IMG/VR virus record: IMGVR_UViG_3300020045_018213
Coordinates: 1 to 35,296 of that record
Reading direction: 5' to 3' (one strand)
Length of the DNA: 35,296 nucleotides
From: a virus
Taxonomy: Duplodnaviria; Caudoviricetes
Positions 33,949 through 35,296 of the stretch are shown piece after piece. The first letter of the stretch is position 1. Every line of letters begins with the position of its first letter. The notes beneath the pieces were generated by a model, which worked only from the letters and a program-made list of their open reading frames with translations, did not search any database and was not told the DNA's origin. The position numbers and the translations under genes were made by a program.

Positions 33949-35296
33949 TTACGGCAGATAGGTGAGTTCGAAGTCAATGATGGAGCCTGTAACCAGTTCT
34001 GCCGCAGTGATTGCAGCGGCTGCTGCACCCCCACCGAATTGGAACAACTGGATATAGTTCGTGCCGGCGGTCACCTCAACACCAAGTTGCGTGCGCCCGC
34101 CGGTCAGGGTGACAAGGTCTGCACGAGAGATATGCCCAGTTCCTGCAACCGACACGGAGGCGTTGCCGACGTAAGGCAGGCCTGTGATTCGGATCGGCCC
34201 GGCCATTGCAGCATCCTTCGCAGTCAGGGTGATCCGACCCCAGACCTTGAAGGAGTCCCCATCGGCCTTGATACGGCACGCGCTGGTGACTGTACTGGCC
34301 CCGGCTACAGTCGCACCAATCATCCCCAGCACAATCACCTTGTTTTGGCTGTCTTGTGACCACAGTTGCTTCGGGTTGATACCGGCTTGGCAGTACTGCG
34401 GCGGGGTAGCCATAGAACCATCCATTAGTACGATCTGGCTGTTGGCATTGTTGACGTTCCAATTCGCTGCGTATGCAGCGATAACACCCTCTGTGGGCTC
34501 ATCAACACGAACACCGGCAATATCCAATCTAGGATTTCCGATAAGGTGCAAGCGGCACGTACCACTCAAATCAGCAAAAGCCAAGTAACCGGCGGCGTTA
34601 CTCGAGAATTTACCGCCGACCCACGTGCAAGTGCCTTCCTGGCGCAATTTAAGCCCAAAGCGTGTGAAGAACTCAGCATTGCAGTTGATCATCGTTGCCT
34701 GGAAAATTGCAGTACCTGGATTTGGGTCGCCAGCATCGGTCGCTGTTCCGCCAAGCCACCAGTTCGAGCCACCAACGTTGATGCCATTGCAGCTGTTGAA
34801 CTGGCCACCAGCAAGCGAGCGATAGCCGGCTTTGTCAGGACCGCACTTGAGCGCGTACGTGTTGTCGAAGATGGTCGTGTTGCCGCCTTGCACGAAAAAT
34901 CCATGCATGGTGTCAGATTCTGCCCAGCAATTGCGGACTGCTGTCTGAAACTCAAGGCCAAGATGCAACGAATTGGCATCAGCCGCAGTCAAACGCAATG
35001 CATTGAACTCACTGCCATACATGATACCAGCTTCAGCGGCTGCCCAGGGAAAGTAGAGTGGGGAACCGATGCCCAGTGTTTTGATCCACATCTGCGAAAG
35101 CCGCATGCGGTTGGACGGCAATGCTCCGCGGGTGAACGCATGCTTGTCGGCCACCGTACTGCGAATGCGGGTAGCAGACCAGCCGTCACCACGACCGCAC
35201 TGATCATATTTCATCAATGGCAGATCATCGCTGATGAGCCAATCATTGGCAGCCCCATCCGGCGTTCCAGGAAGATACCAACCCCGCCCATCTGCC
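33949..35296 (-). CDS. Tailspike / tail-fibre protein, 5' end outside window
   Basis: Frame stays open to the edge (ADGRGWYLPG...); Gly/Asn/Cys-rich beta-helix-like body; C-terminal ITGLPY-type domain. Confidence 0.7.
   Translation of the reverse strand, partial: ADGRGWYLPGTPDGAANDWLISDDLPLMKYDQCGRGDGWSATRIRSTVADKHAFTRGALPSNRMRLSQMWIKTLGIGSPLYFPWAAAEAGIMYGSEFNALRLTAADANSLHLGLEFQTAVRNCWAESDTMHGFFVQGGNTTIFDNTYALKCGPDKAGYRSLAGGQFNSCNGINVGGSNWWLGGTATDAGDPNPGTAIFQATMINCNAEFFTRFGLKLRQEGTCTWVGGKFSSNAAGYLAFADLSGTCRLHLIGNPRLDIAGVRVDEPTEGVIAAYAANWNVNNANSQIVLMDGSMATPPQYCQAGINPKQLWSQDSQNKVIVLGMIGATVAGASTVTSACRIKADGDSFKVWGRITLTAKDAAMAGPIRITGLPYVGNASVSVAGTGHISRADLVTLTGGRTQLGVEVTAGTNYIQLFQFGGGAAAAAITAAELVTGSIIDFELTYLP

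Noticed and set aside
1-35296. Integrase, att site, CI repressor, tRNA, introns or inteins
   Set aside because: No supporting motifs recognised; terL, helicase and polA appear uninterrupted

Overview
The window holds most of the genome of a tailed dsDNA phage with podovirus-type morphogenesis genes, organised as two divergent arms. The minus-strand late arm (14425 to <1) runs terminase small and large subunits, P22-type portal, an accessory cassette, FmdB Zn-ribbon, scaffold, major capsid, decoration protein, head-tail adaptor, tail tube/nozzle, GNAT acetyltransferase, ejection protein and a PAPS-reductase-family ORF. The ORF track missed the last one because it runs off the left edge. The late arm reappears at the right edge as a tailspike C-terminus and a holin. 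The plus-strand early/replication arm (14993-33692) has two paralogous genes with their own terminators, many small ORFs, an NDT-like protein, a Dda/RecD-like helicase, a PD-(D/E)XK nuclease, a Sak4-like ATPase, an SSB, a ParB-DNA methyltransferase fusion, a UDG-exonuclease-PolA fusion and a DUF3987-type helicase-like protein. I recognised no integrase, CI-type repressor, RNA polymerase, primase, tRNA or CRISPR array. The strongest unexplained signal is a family of at least 8 dispersed 30-bp palindromes (approx. CCGGGGGRTTA-N8-TAAYCCCCCGG) found in promoters, intergenic gaps and inside genes; they could be loading sites for the ParB-methyltransferase or operators. Other signals are the atypical polymerase (degenerate UDG domain, Asp at the 710 steric-gate position, His at 762), a 54-bp gapless inverted repeat around an AT-rich core, two pseudoknot-capable leaders and a structured non-coding RNA candidate. 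All product calls come from motif recognition by eye; no database search was run.
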